Shown: positions 36,800-50,170 of the stretch, one piece after another
Layout: each line of letters starts with the position of its first letter
Numbering within the stretch: position 1 is the stretch's first letter
Assembly: GCA_028534125.1 (NCBI GenBank)
Contig: CM052818.1
Location: 3,536,001-3,600,000 of the forward strand
Reading direction: 5' to 3'
DNA: 64,000 nt
Source: Lama glama
Lineage: Eukaryota
Position numbers and translations under genes: made by a program
Notes under the pieces: generated by a model
What the model saw: only the letters and a program-made list of their open reading frames with translations
Told to the model about the DNA's origin: nothing
Databases searched by the model: none

Positions 36800-37600
36800 T
36801 TCTGTTATTTTACACTTAATAAATAACTTGGTTAAAGAAATAGAAGACACACTTACCAGTTACGTGCCTAATATAAAGTTGGAAGATATAACCACTGCGC
36901 TGGGTGATAGAATCAGGATCCAAAATGATCCCTGCAAATTGAAGCAACAGACTGATCCTAATGAGATGAAATAGCAAAGTAATGTCATATACATGGATTT
37001 TTATTTTATTTTAATCAGTTTTACAGGCACAGTTCTGGGAAAGTAGAGATTAAAAGCAGCACGAGTAGAAAAAGACTTCAGTATTTCAGTGGCCAATTAA
37101 CTTGATAGGAATGTATGATGTGGCTGCCAAAAGGAAAAAGAACGTAATTTTTAGCTACATTAATAGAAGGTGACAGTGCTGGTCTGCTCTGCATGAGTCA
37201 GACCAGGCCTGGTATATTTCATTCATTTCCTAGGGACATTCTTACAAAGAGGATATAGACAAAGCAAAGCGTTTAAACGTGGGAACAGCCAGAGTGGTGG
37301 TGACTAAAAACCATGTCAAAGAGAGTGGGTATGTTTCACCTGGAGAAGAAAAAGCTTAGAGTCTAAATAGTAATATTTCAGTTGTTTGGAAAGTGAAGAA
37401 ACAGATGAGGCTTATTCTTTTTGGACTGAATAGGACAATATAGAAGCAGGAGGTAGAAGTTTTTAGCTGTGTGCAAGGAAGATCAACAGTGAGGGCTGTC
37501 TGCAGAGGGGCTGAGGGCCCAAGGAAATGACATTAATCTAAGGAAACTTCTTGTCAAAAACTGTAGTGAGGATTCAAGGATGGGCTGCCTGGCTGCTCTA
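36800..37600 (+). mobile_element. CR1/L3 LINE fragment (RT C-terminal region)
   Basis: gatagaatcaggatccaaaatgatc, gaaaaagacttcagtatttcagtgg, tgatgtggctgccaaaag, ctacattaatagaag, ggatatagacaaa and atgtttcacctggagaagaaaa occur in the order expected for CR1/L3. Confidence 0.8.
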
Positions 37601-37699
37601 GGTCAGCACTACTCAAAGGATCTTGTTTTCTTTTTCTTTTTCCCCCTTGTGTGTTTGTTTATTTTATCTTTTTTCCCAGTTTGTCATACTGCTTTTCGT

Positions 37700-38565
37700 C
37701 ATAAGTTGAGATAAAATTCATCCTTTTAAATATAAATATAATTTAAATAGAATTCAGTGATTTTTTTTACTCACAAGGTCATTCACCCATTACCATTGAT
37801 CGAATTCCAGGATATTTTTTTTTTATCACCCTAAAAGGAAACCCCATATTCATTAGCAGTCACTCCCTATTCCCCACTGCCCCAGTCTGTGGCAACCATT
37901 AATCTACTTTCTGTTGCCTCTTCTGGACATTTTTTAATAAATGGACTCATACAATAATGTGACCTCCTGTGTCTAACATGTTCCACTTAGCTTACTGTTT
38001 TCAAGGTTTATCCATGTTGTAGTATGTGTCAGTAGTTTATTCCTTTTCGTGGCTGCCTAATATTCCATTGTATGGACACATTCCATTTTGTTTATCCTGA
38101 TGGACTTCATTTTTTTTCCTTTCGTTTTTTTGTCTGTTGCGGATAATGCTGCTATGGACATCTGTTTACAAGTGTTTTTGTGAACATAATGTTTTATTTC
38201 TCTTGGGTATATCCATAAGGGTGAAATTGCTAGGTAATGTGATAACCCTGCTTTTTGAGAAAATGCCAAACTGTTTTCTATAGAAGCTTCACTGTATTAT
38301 ACTCCTACCATCAAGGTGTGAAGGCTCCAATCTTTATATCCTTGCTGACATTTTTTATTGTTTCTGTTTCTGATTACAGCCATTTTAGTGGTTATGAAGT
38401 GATAATCTCATCATGGTTTTGATTTGCATTTTCCTAATGAGTAATGGTGTTGAGCATTTTTCCATGTGCTTATTATTCGTTCTGTAGAGGAATGTCTGTT
38501 CTGATCCTTTGCCAATTTTTAATTGGGTTCTTTTTATTGTTGAGCTTTAAGAGTTCTTTATGCAG
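37700..38565 (-). mobile_element. L1MB-type 3' end
   Basis: ORF 38057..38269(-) AISPLWIYPREIKHYVHKNTCKQMSIAAL is an ORF2p C-terminal remnant, with typical antisense 3'UTR. Confidence 0.88.
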
Positions 38566-39429
38566 ACTGAGTTGTAGCCAAGGACATCAAAGCATTTTCC
38601 TTACATCCTGCCTTTTCCTGAGTAAACAGGTAGTAACCATGGTGCCCCCAACCCCATGTGGGTTCCATCCCAGACCTCTATGTCACCCTGTTCTATAAGC
38701 CTGGGGCTGGTCTTTTAACTAAAGCCAGGGAAAGCCTGAACATCCTCTGGTCTGTTGTTGCTGAGAACTGCTGCCTGTGTACCCTAAGTGCTAGTCAGTT
38801 GCAAACCAAAATGCTAGTCAGTTTCAACTCATAGTGAGATTTTTCTCTTCACCTTTTCTACATTTCACAGCCATTCAAACAGACCTTCTTTATCAGTTAT
38901 AAACCAGTGACATTTGGCTCTAAAATCTGACATGTTGCTGCATTATCAAGGAGTTAAAAGTAAATGCCATGGTCTCCCTCCAAAGAGGCAGTCTTTTCTG
39001 CTTGCACTGGGCATATCTCAGGATCTCTGCAGAAGACACAATGAACAAGAATTTGGGCTTGGACTGATCAGCAAACATCCTGGCAAGCTGTTCTAGGATG
39101 CCATCTGCAGATGTTACTTACCCAGTTTGAGTCCTCTAATAGCTCTTGACCTCCTCTTGGCCCTATCAGATGCCTCTCGTTATCCTTCCAGATTCTTAAT
39201 TATTCCTCTTGGGTGAGACAGACTCAGAGGCAACATTGCTGATTCTTTTCCAAACAGTTAAATGTAGAAACATCAGTCTTTCATTCCTCCTCATAGACAT
39301 TTCGAAGGCATGATCTTCTGCTCCATGTTGGTTTCAAAGAACTTCTCTCCAGTTCTTCCTACTTCTAGGACTATGTGAATGGAAACAAGTTCTAGAACAG
39401 TTGATAATAAGCAGAGAGATGGGTAGTGC

Positions 39430-40110
39430 TCTAAAACACGAGCCCTGAAATCACCTTCTGTTTAGAGAAACTTGGACTCTACAGGCTGCTTTTCTGCCTC
39501 ATCATCTGCCTTGTCTGTTATCCAGAGCAGTTGCTCAAAGCCTTTTATTTCTCTTACCAAGCTTCTTTCTCCTTCCCTAGCACTTTGATGATGATCCTGC
39601 TCTCTACCAAAAACAGAGCAACAGATCTGACCTCCCTCAAATTCCCGTTTTTCCCCTAGCCTTAAACCAATATGCTGTCCATCCTGATTCCCTTCTTGCT
39701 TGCTAGGAAGGAACTGTCTTTCCAAGACCAGTCCCTTTAACAGTGTTCTTAACCCCTACCCCTTCTACCTGTAGGACTTTGTTCCATCAGTTATCCTCAT
39801 CCTCTCCTGTAGCTTAAAGCTTTTTCTCCTGACTCCCTCCACTCTCCAGTGCTCAATCCTCTCCCATACTCAAGATTCTTTCCCTCAATGCTGGTCCTCT
39901 CTTCAGCACAAAATGTTCTAAAAGAGTGATCTGTCGCTACGGGCTCTACGTATCCAACTGTCATTCTTTGCAAGTCCAGGTCCATTCTTACCCCCATTTT
40001 AGTTCCTTCTCTGAAACTGTTCTTGCCTAGATCTGCAGCAACTTCTCAATTGTCAGTTCAAGCGGTCACATTTCTACCTTTACTCTATGTTTCTGATGAG
40101 GCAATAGTCA
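39430..40110 (+). mobile_element. L2 LINE ORF2 fragment
   Basis: Pyrimidine-rich sense L2 text such as ctctgaaactgttcttgcctagatctgcagcaacttctcaattgtc...tcaagcggtcac. Confidence 0.65.
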
Positions 40111-41242
40111 CTCTTAATCCTTCATGCAGCGGAAAGTTCTAATGAATCTTAACTTGGATGCTCAGAGTTCAGGTGTGTTGGTTTGATACCGTGAGGCTTC
40201 CTCTTGTTTGGGGATGTAATTTCAAATTAAAAGAAACTTTATCACTTTGAACAGCTGCATCTCCAGTTAGTGTGGTGGTGGTTACTGTTCTCATGGTTCA
40301 AATTGCCGAATTTGTGTGGTGACTCTTACAGAACCACCTTTTTCCTACTCATTCCTTCCATTTTTTATTAAACAAAAGTAAAACAACTTACTAAAACTAG
40401 TTTAAAAAAATCTTACTTTGTATTTGTGCACAAATCCTGTTACCCAGCTTGCTCACTTTCTGCTAATGACGTTGGATTTTTTAACATCACCATTACAAAC
40501 ATTTGCCTCTGTGGTTGTTAAAATAATCATACCAAGGTGTGAGGTAGCTTCCAGTGCCTAAATGGGTCCTGACACCTGGGAGGTGCCCAGTATATATTTG
40601 TTGAAAAATTAATTCCTCAAGTAGCCCTGAGATACGCAGTTCTAGCCAGAGAGCTTGAAACATGACCCGTCTTATATCCCAGCTGGTTGGCTTGAAAGGC
40701 TTAATTGTGAGCAGAATGCTTAGGTCTGGATGCCATGGTAGTCCCTTTACAACTTAATAAAGCAGTTATTCTTTTCACATATTTCCTTAAGGGAGAAAAA
40801 CAGTATGAATAGTTTAAAAGTCAAGTTGAATTCACTTGTGTTCCTACAACCAGGAAAAAATATCTGTTTCATTTTTGTGAATTAAAAATTCACGTATTTA
40901 AATATTTCCTACTGTCTCTCTCCTCTTAGTGCCTCTGCAGTGTCTCTGGAGATGGGAGTCTTTGCTTCTGGTATATGTGGAGCACTGATGCCATGAGCAA
41001 GTAGGCACCCTGTGTGCGTTTAGTTCTAGAATTTAGTTCAGAATAGTGTTATGGTTTAGTTGGGTTGTAGAATTACTATTGACGATCTGGCCATGAATCT
41101 CAGAAACCAGTGGAAATGTGCTCTTGACCCTCAGTCTTAACCTCTCACCATGGTTAGTGCTTCTCTGTATATTTAAATTATCTGTGCTAATGGAACAGCC
41201 TGGCTCATTCTGTCTCTATTGGTATCTGTAACTGATCATTGA

Positions 41243-41446
<204 letters not shown>

Positions 41447-42812
41447 TAATGTGCGCTGTACCCTAATGTACGTTGTTGTGGTTTTAAAGATCGGAAAAAG
41501 AGGCTAGAAAATATAGAGCCTTTTGGAATAACTTTTTGTTATTTTTATAATGGCAGGGATTCGGTGGTCCAAAGAAGTCAAAGTGGTGGATGGCACAAAA
41601 CTCTGTGTTACATTTAGGAAGATTTGGTGCTTATATATGAATGAGAATAAGAATGAATGTGTTCTTTGTGATGCTTTAAAACAAATGATGAAGGCACATA
41701 ATAAAGACCCAACTCCAGATGGACCAAAGAAACAGTTCTGCCTCCCTCACTCGTGTGCCTTCTCCTCCACCCACACAGCCATCCTCGCACTGGGGGGTAA
41801 AAGAATCATTTTCATCTGGTGGAAATGATCCCTTTCCTGCTTGAGAGCTGTGATTGCCAGTAAGGCTACATTCAAGTGAGGCTGCCATAACAGTGAAGTT
41901 AAGTAGTTGAATGCTTGGAGTTTCCAGCAATATTTGTCTTGGGAAATCTAGGCTGTAGCATGAATTGATTCAGAGGTGACTCTATTTCGTACAGCTGTTG
42001 TTTGGAGGTTTGGCTTTTGGAGCTAAGCAGCTGCCACTTAAAAGCTTGGATCACTGTCTCACTGTTTGGTGCCCTGTTTTATAATCACTCTTAGTTCCAC
42101 TAACATCTTCCTTGCCTTTAAAGAAGTTGTCCATAAATTAAATATGTTGTGAATTCTGAAAATGGGATGTTAACCAATCATTTCAGCCTTTACGGTAACA
42201 GCTATTAACCTGATTTCATAAAGCACTACAGCATTTGAACTTGACGGTTTGTTTCCTCCTGCCCATGCCTTTTTGGACAGTAAGATGTTTAGAGACGAGG
42301 CGGTAGGAGCATCCAGGGACCTGGATAATTTTCTAAGCGAGGTCATCAGTCTTTTGGTCCTGGAGATTAAATGTTGGGGTAGCATTTCTGCAGTCTAGGC
42401 AGCAAGTAGTAAAGCCAGAGAAACCAAGCTGTTCCTAAAATACAGACTGTAAAACTGTCTTCTTCTCCTCCTGGGGTCTGCTGTGCAGCCTGCTCCTCAC
42501 TGAAAGATAAGGCAAGTTGAGCCTGTGGCCTTGTCCGATGCACAACAGGGACAGTATAACCAGGCAACTAGGGCAGGACCAGAGTGTCAGTTCTGCTACT
42601 AATCTTGAGGACAGAATGAGGGCAGCTCACATCTGGGCTGCTTTATAAACTGAAGAAACTGTGTTGATGGGGTAGAAAACCAGTCCCAGGCTGGGAATCA
42701 AGACACCAGGTGTTTTGGTCCTGGCTCAGCCAGGGATCAGCCGAGTTCAGGTTGCTCCTCTGTGGACCGCCATTCATTCTCTTGGATAAGTCACAAGTCT
42801 GAATGTTTGTAA

Positions 42813-43079
<267 letters not shown>

Positions 43080-43894
43080 TAAGGAACAGCACCGAATTCT
43101 AAGCTTATATTGTTTGGGGAGAGAAAATATAAATGAAAATAAGGAATAACAGTACAGTATAGGTCTCAATTGTATTAAGCAGCCTTCAGAAATTCTTTAT
43201 AATCATCAGATGCTGGAACACGTTCTTCTTGTTTTTCCTGCCATCCTCCCAAATTCACTTTTCCAGGGTCATGAAAAGTAATATGCTAATTTAACTAGCT
43301 TGTCAACAGTGATCCCTGGTCTTTCAAATCCTTCATATTTTGTAAAACCTGTAAATTGGTGATTTTAAAAAAATTTGTCATATTAATTACCATCCTCTGG
43401 CACCAGGCTTTTTGTATTGTGGTCACTTGACAATGTTTGCTGAATGGAACTGGCCCCTGGGTAGGACTCACTAACACTGTGGAGCGCTGACTGGGTGCCA
43501 GGTACTCTGCTCGACACGTTACGTACATCGTCTCTGTACGTTTCATTGCCGGGGAAACTCAAGAGCAGAGAGGTTATGTGACTTGAGGTCATATAACTAG
43601 GAAGGAGCAATGCCAGAATTTGAATCCAGCTCTTCTGATTCTAAATTAGTTTCTTTTCAACGTACCTGTGTTTTGAGAAACAGCTAATAATTTGCATCAG
43701 CGTCCCCCAGTGTGCTTGTTAAATGCAGGCTACTGTGTTCCACACTGAATCTTCTGGGCTATAATTTTTGTGATGGTGTCAGGGAAGCCCAGGAGTTTTT
43801 ATCTTAAGCACCCCAGGTCATTTTTGTATATTCTAAAGTTTGAGGATCACAGCAGCAGACTGGCATTTCTGTTTTGAGGGTGTTTTTTGTGTTT

Positions 43895-44560
43895 TTTTTT
43901 TAAATTAAGATATAATTCACATATCATAAGATTCCCTCTTTTAAAGTGTACAGTTTGGTGACTTTTAGTATATTTACAAGGCTGTACAACCATCACCATT
44001 GTCTACTTCCAGAATATTTCATCATCCCCTTAAAGAAACCCTGAACCCATTAAGAGTCACTCCCCCTTCTCCCCTGCCCCAGCCCCGGGCAACCACAAAT
44101 CTACTTTCTGCTACTTATTCTGGACTGTTCATATAAATGGGCTCACGCAATATGTGACCTCTTTCAGCAGCATAATGTTTTCAAGTTTCGTCTATGTTGT
44201 AGTATATATCAGTACTTCATTCCTTTTCATAATAGCACTCCACTGTGTGGATATGCCACAGTTTTTGAAATCTGTTCATCAGTTAGTAGACATTTGAGTC
44301 ATTTCTACTTTGGCTGTTATGAATAAGGCTACTATGAACATCCATGTACTAGTTTTTATGTGGGTGTATGTTTTCAGTTCCCTTGGGTGCATACCTAGGA
44401 GTGGAATCGCTGGGTCATATGGTAACTTTTTCAGGGACGGCCAAACTGTTTTCCAAAGTGGCTGCGCTGTTTTACATCCCACCAGCAACATATGAGGGTT
44501 CCAGTTTCTCCACACTAATACTTGTTACTGTCCTCTTTTATTTTCCCATCCTAGTGAGTG
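43895..44560 (-). mobile_element. L1MB-type 3' end
   Basis: ORF 44279..44515(-) [38 protein letters not shown] is the L1 ORF2p C-terminus. T-tail lies at about 43890. Confidence 0.92.
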
Positions 44561-46003
44561 TGAGGCTCCAAAAACCTTAGGCAGCCTTCTCCAGGGTACC
44601 TCTGCCCAGAGTCTGTTTCTGATTGGAACAAGAAGACACCTCAGTGGATATGATGAATCTAGCATCGTAAAGCACCTAATTCTGAGGGGACAGTACAGAT
44701 ACAACATAGTTCCTACACTCACAAAGCACTGGTGAGAGAATATAAATTAAATCTTTGAAACTGAAACCTAAATAGGTGAAATACAAAACTTTATAGAAGA
44801 AAGAGATGAGTAGAAGAGATTCAAGTGGCTTAATGTGCAGTCAGATAGTGGACTCCGGCATGGTGGCTGGAACCTTCTGGAAAAGTGGGATTGTGAAGGG
44901 TTCGTGGGACATGGGTGGTCGCCATATGAGTTTGGGCCCCTCTGGAGCCCTGCTCTCCTGCCATGACAGATGGGGTCTGATTTCAAGTTGGAACCCTGAC
45001 TCTGCAGCGCTGACAGACTGACTTGTACCGACGTGAGAGTCTCCTGAACCACTGCACGCAGCATCCTCTGGACAGCTGGATGCAGAGGGCACCTGTCAGT
45101 CCCTATCTTACCCTCCCTATGGCCTTTGACTCCTTTGTGACCGTCCCCTCCCATGACCTCTGTGTTCTCTCAGGCCCCTCCTCACACTCCTTGGTTGCTC
45201 CCCTCGTCACGTAGCCTCTGAGCCTCAGCTTCCTTGTCTGGGCCAGGCGACAACAGCACCAGCCTTGTCGAGGCCAGAGTGAGGCTGAAGAAGACCGTGT
45301 GTATCAGTGTGTGGGCACATGCCGGGCGCAGGGGGTCCTGAGACGGCAGGCAGGGAGGTGAGGCTGAGCGGGCCACCGAGCATCCTTTTAGAGAATGCTA
45401 CACGTACCCTGTTCTTAAACAAAATCTTCCTTTATTGTCACATTTGAAACACTTATTGGAAAAAATGAGGCTTAAATGATAATCATTTCTGAAAACTAGT
45501 GCCTGCCCAGTTGACATGTTCCCAGCATATTCATGCCCCGGGGTGCTCACCGAGCTGCAGTGAGGTGGTGGATAAACGGCACCCAGTGATGGGAGCCTGG
45601 GGCACACAGCTCAGTGTCTCACCTGGTGACATGGAGTCAGTCGGTGGTTGGGCTCAAGTAGCAGGAGCGAGGCTCTTCCTTCTCTGCTCTGAACAGCCTG
45701 TAAGTTGTCTCAGCAGAGGGACATGGAGCAAACCGGGATCTGCCTCGCTCTCTTCGCAGCCCGCCGGTGGCCCTTGCCCCTTGCCCCTTGCCCTCCTCAG
45801 TGTTCCTGAGAGCAGCTCAGGGCTGGGAGCACAAAAAACTGTGTCCAGTCGCTAGTGAGGACCATCAGGTGTGCTGCTAGTTTGGCTGTAGTGTTTCAGG
45901 AGATTTTGTTTCCCCTTCTCCTTGACCTTGGAAATAGAGAAGGTAAATAGGGGCTCCTGGGAGAAGGCTTTGAACGTGATCATTCTCGGGAGTCCTGTTG
46001 CTG

Positions 46004-46178
46004 GTTTTTTTTTTTTTTAACATTTTAAAATTAAAATTTTGGGGGGTGGGCAGAGGTAATTAAGTTTCTTTTTTATTTATTTACTCATTTCTTTTTTTTT
46101 AAATGGAGGTATTGGGAATTGAACCCAGGACCTCATGCATGCTAAGCATATGCTCTACCACTGAGCTATACCTTCCCT
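46004..46178 (-). mobile_element. tRNA-derived SINE (Vic-1-like)
   Basis: aaatggaggtattgggaattgaacccaggacctcatgcatgctaagcatatgctctaccactgagctatacc, with tgttgctg on both flanks. Confidence 0.9.
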
Positions 46179-48081
46179 GATGTTGCTGTTGATTTTAGTC
46201 GTTGACTCCTGGCTGTTGAGAAGAAACTTTCCCAGACTCCCCGGATCTTACACTCGGTGCCATCTAGATGCTTTTGTCGGCGTTAGAGTCTGTCGATTTC
46301 CGCTGGTGTGTGCTTGGTGGGCAGTCACACCTGCCTGCCTGCACCACCGGCTTCCTAAGGCAGGAGTGAAAAGTCCCCACGGACCTCCTGTTGGCCCTGG
46401 CTCTGTCGTGCCTCCGCCACTCTGAGCTCCGTGTCACTGCTGGAACCAGCCAGCACAGTCCTGGCAGCAGCCAGAGCCAAGAAGTTCTTTATTCTCCTCT
46501 TGGTTAGAGAAAATGCTGGAGGCTGGTCTCTCGGTTGCTTCTCTGTGAGCAGGGTTTCCACTTGGTGAGTAAGTCAGTGGGACACGGGAAAGGGCACAGG
46601 TCAGGCCAGCTGGGGACCCCCTTGCTGAGCCAGTGCCGCCCTGTGTGGGGTCTGCTTGTTCACGTGCAGAACTGAGAAAGGCCCCTTTGCCCTGCCCACC
46701 CCGTGTGTAGTCTTTCACATTCCAAAGAGGAAGTAAGCTGAAAGCAGTCCCTGTCTGTAAGCAGCTTAGGTTCCAAAAATAACCATAACAGAAGTTCTGG
46801 TCTTCATCAAAGGTCTCTCCTCAAATACACGGTCTTAACACTTTAATTATTTCTCCCACTCATAACTGTCATCTCTCCAGGAAAGATAGAGATCCTTCTT
46901 GCAGGTCGTGGGGTCATAGACCTGCGAGGGTCACATAAGCCAGTCCTCTCCTTTTACCAACGAGGAAACCTCTGCCCAGAAAGGCTGTGACCTGCACAGC
47001 GAGTTCAGTGATCAAACCAGGACAAAGGCCAAGGTGTTTCACTCTTATTTTGGTTTTTGTTTATTTGGTTTTGCTATATTTTACCATGCTGTTTGTCCAC
47101 ACACTTAAGAAAGGAGAAGAAAATGTTCCAACTTCACAAACACATTCTAGATTGGAAAAGTCATGAATGCCTCCTCTTTTGTCAGAAGGGAGATGCAGAT
47201 CTCATCAAGTACAATAGGATGAAGATTCTTGTCCTGTTTTTGGAATCACAGGTTTGAAAACCAGCATTCATCAAATCCTCCACCGTTTCCAGTGGTAATA
47301 AACTCTGGGGCTGAAATGCCTGAAGGCCGTATCTCTGTGGAATAATGTCAAAATGAAGCGATCAGGGGGAGGTGGCTTTCCAGACCTTCCAGCTAAAGCT
47401 CTAAGCAGAGTGTGGGAGTGACAACTTTAATAACCCTCTTAGGCTGATAGGTTGACAAATAAGGTCAGCGGCGTTAAATTCTGAAGGAGCTGAAACACTG
47501 GAGGTTGTAAGCGATGGTAACGAGTATGAGGCTGACTTCCTAAAGGACTTGGCCAAAAACAGAGTCACTGTGCAGATTCTCTGAAGCTTTCAGAAGACAA
47601 TGTGTTAATATCCAGTTGGTTCTCTACCTTCCTGAGCTCAGTGAATCCCCCTTGGTCCTGGTCATCTCATACCTGGACGATCACACCTGCCCTCGTTGTC
47701 TCCTTTCTCGCGTTCTCCCTGCTCTGTCATCCGCCGTGCTAAACTTCCTAAAACACCTCTTTTCATCTACTCTGACTGTTAATAGTGCTGAGTGGCTCCC
47801 TCGCAGCCTTCCTTGCCTGCCCTCTGCCTGCCTCTCTGGTCTCCTCTCCTCTGCTCCCTTCTCCTCCAGCCTGAACTGTCCATGTTCCTTAACTGCACAA
47901 TGCACACTAGTGTGATGGGTGAGGGTATAGTCCCAGTGATGTGGCAGCCTGAGCCCAAATCCTGCCCTAGCAGCCTTGTGACTTCAGGCACGTTAGGTGA
48001 CTGAACTACCTTCTCTCACTTGTTAAGTGCAGACAATAAGGTTTTGTAAGAATTTCATGAAATACTATAGGCAAAAGTGTA

Positions 48082-49146
48082 CATGGGAAACGATAAACAA
48101 AGCAAAAAGACAACCTACCGATTGGGAAGAAGTATTTGCCAACAATACAAATGACAAGGGCTTAATTTCCAGAATATGTAAACAGCTTATACAACTCAAT
48201 AACAACAAACAACTCAATCAAAAAAATGGACAGAAGACCTAAACAGACATTTCTCCATTGAAGATATACAGATGGCCAATAGGCACATGAAAAGATGCTC
48301 AGTATTGCTAATTATCAGAAAAATGCAAATCAAAACTACAATGAGGAGTCACCTCACACCAGTCAGAATGGCCATCATTCAGAAGTCCACAAATGACAGC
48401 TGCTGGAGGGGGTGTGGAGGAAGGGAACCCTCCCACACTGGGGGTGGGAATGTAATTTGGTGCAGCCACTATGGAAAACAGTATAGAGATTCTTTAAGAA
48501 ACTAAAAGTAGAGTTACCAGATGATCCAGCAATCCCACTCCTGGGCATGTATACAAAGAAAACTCTAATTCAAAAAGATACATGCGTCCCAGTGTTCATA
48601 GCAGTACTATACAATAACCAAGACATGGAAACAACCTAAATGTCTAGTGACAGATGATTGGATAAAGAAATTGTGGTGTATATATATATACAATGGAATA
48701 TTACTCAGCCATAAAAAAGAATGAAATAATGCCATTTGCAGCAACATGAATGGACCTAGACATTACCATATTAAGTGAAGTAAGTCAGAGAAAGGCAAAT
48801 ATCATATGATATCACTCATATGTGGAATCTAAAACATGATTTAAATGAACTTATTTACAAAACAGAAACAGACTCACAGAAATAGAAAACAAACTTATGG
48901 TTACCAGTGGGGAAAGTGGGCAGGAGGGATAAATTAGGAGTTTACGGTTAGCAGGTACAGACTACTGTATACAATATAAATAAACAGCAAGGGCCTACTG
49001 TATAGCACAGGGAACTACATTCAATATCTTGTAATAACTTATTATGAAAAAGAATATATATATATGTATAACTGAATCACTGTGCTGTATACCAGAAACT
49101 GACACAACATTGTAAATCAAACCAAACATCAATAAAATAAAATAAA
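48082..49146 (+). mobile_element. About 1.07-kb 5'-truncated L1 (ORF2 C-terminal part, 3'UTR, (AATAA)n tail), sense to AAK1
   Basis: ORFs 48027..48242 (ETINKAKRQPTDWEEVFAN...DKGLISRI) and 48272..48505 ([10 protein letters not shown]...[19 protein letters not shown]) are frameshifted ORF2p pieces. Confidence 0.95.
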
Positions 49147-50032
49147 GTAGTCCCTGAGGTCTTCTGAACCCCAGCTCCAATGGGGTTGTCACACATCGTG
49201 CTCTGTATTAAGCATTTTGTTGGTGATGGTGGTGGCCATGATGAAGGACAGCAGCTGGCTTCGTCTGGGAGGTTTTCACAGGTGTTACAGTTCACAAGGA
49301 CGGTCTCAGAGGGGGCGGAGCACACAGCAACTGCTAAAGTGGCTGCTGCCAAGCAATTTCACCTTCATAATCTCAGTTGATCCTCCCAGCAGGCTTGCAA
49401 GGTAGCCAGAGCAGGGATTATTGTTCTTATCTGTAGTGATAGTTCTTTGATATTGCTCAAGCTTTCCTTACGTTGATATTTCTGGCTCTCTTATTTACTT
49501 TTGTACACACCCTTAGTTTTTAACTGATTTTCTTGTCAATGTAGTTTTGTACAATGTTATCTTTATGGGAGGGAGGCAGGGAAGCAGGCTGGGACCAGGT
49601 TAGATATAGTGCAGTTCCCTGAATTCTGTCTGTCTGGAACTAACCAGAAATACAAACCTAGTTTTTAACGTGGGGGAAGAAACAAAAACAAAACCCCCTG
49701 ATGTGCATCATCTTTACTCTGTCCTTTGTCTACTTAGTTCTCCTCTCTCTCCTAACAGTGATTTTGGGTTTTGTGTATGTTTTGTTATGAGTTAGCTTTT
49801 TAATTCTCTAGATTGTATGGTCCAGCATTAGAAGAACAGAATCTGATTGGGGAAGGGACTACACACATACAATAGGAGAAGCATGGTTTCTCATGAGTCC
49901 TGTAAGATGCATGAGGCCAGCAAGGAAGATTGTTGCTGAAAGATGCTAAATAAGGGATTTAGGGGGCCCTAGTGTGTGTGAAATACTGGACTGGCTATTG
50001 TTGGGGACCCACGGGGATAATATTATTATAGA

Positions 50033-50170
50033 CCAAAGACTGGCAAACTTCTCCACAAAGGGCCAGAGAGTAAATATTTTAGGCTTGTCAGCTGTATGGT
50101 CTCTGGACTAGACTAGAGGATGAGTAACCAGTGGACATGGCTTTGTTTGGCCAGAAGGTCCAGCCCCTCC
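50033..50170. mobile_element. MER58A-like hAT MITE
   Basis: tggcaaacttctccacaaagggccagagagtaaatattttaggctt matches the MER58A 5' end as recalled. Confidence 0.75.
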
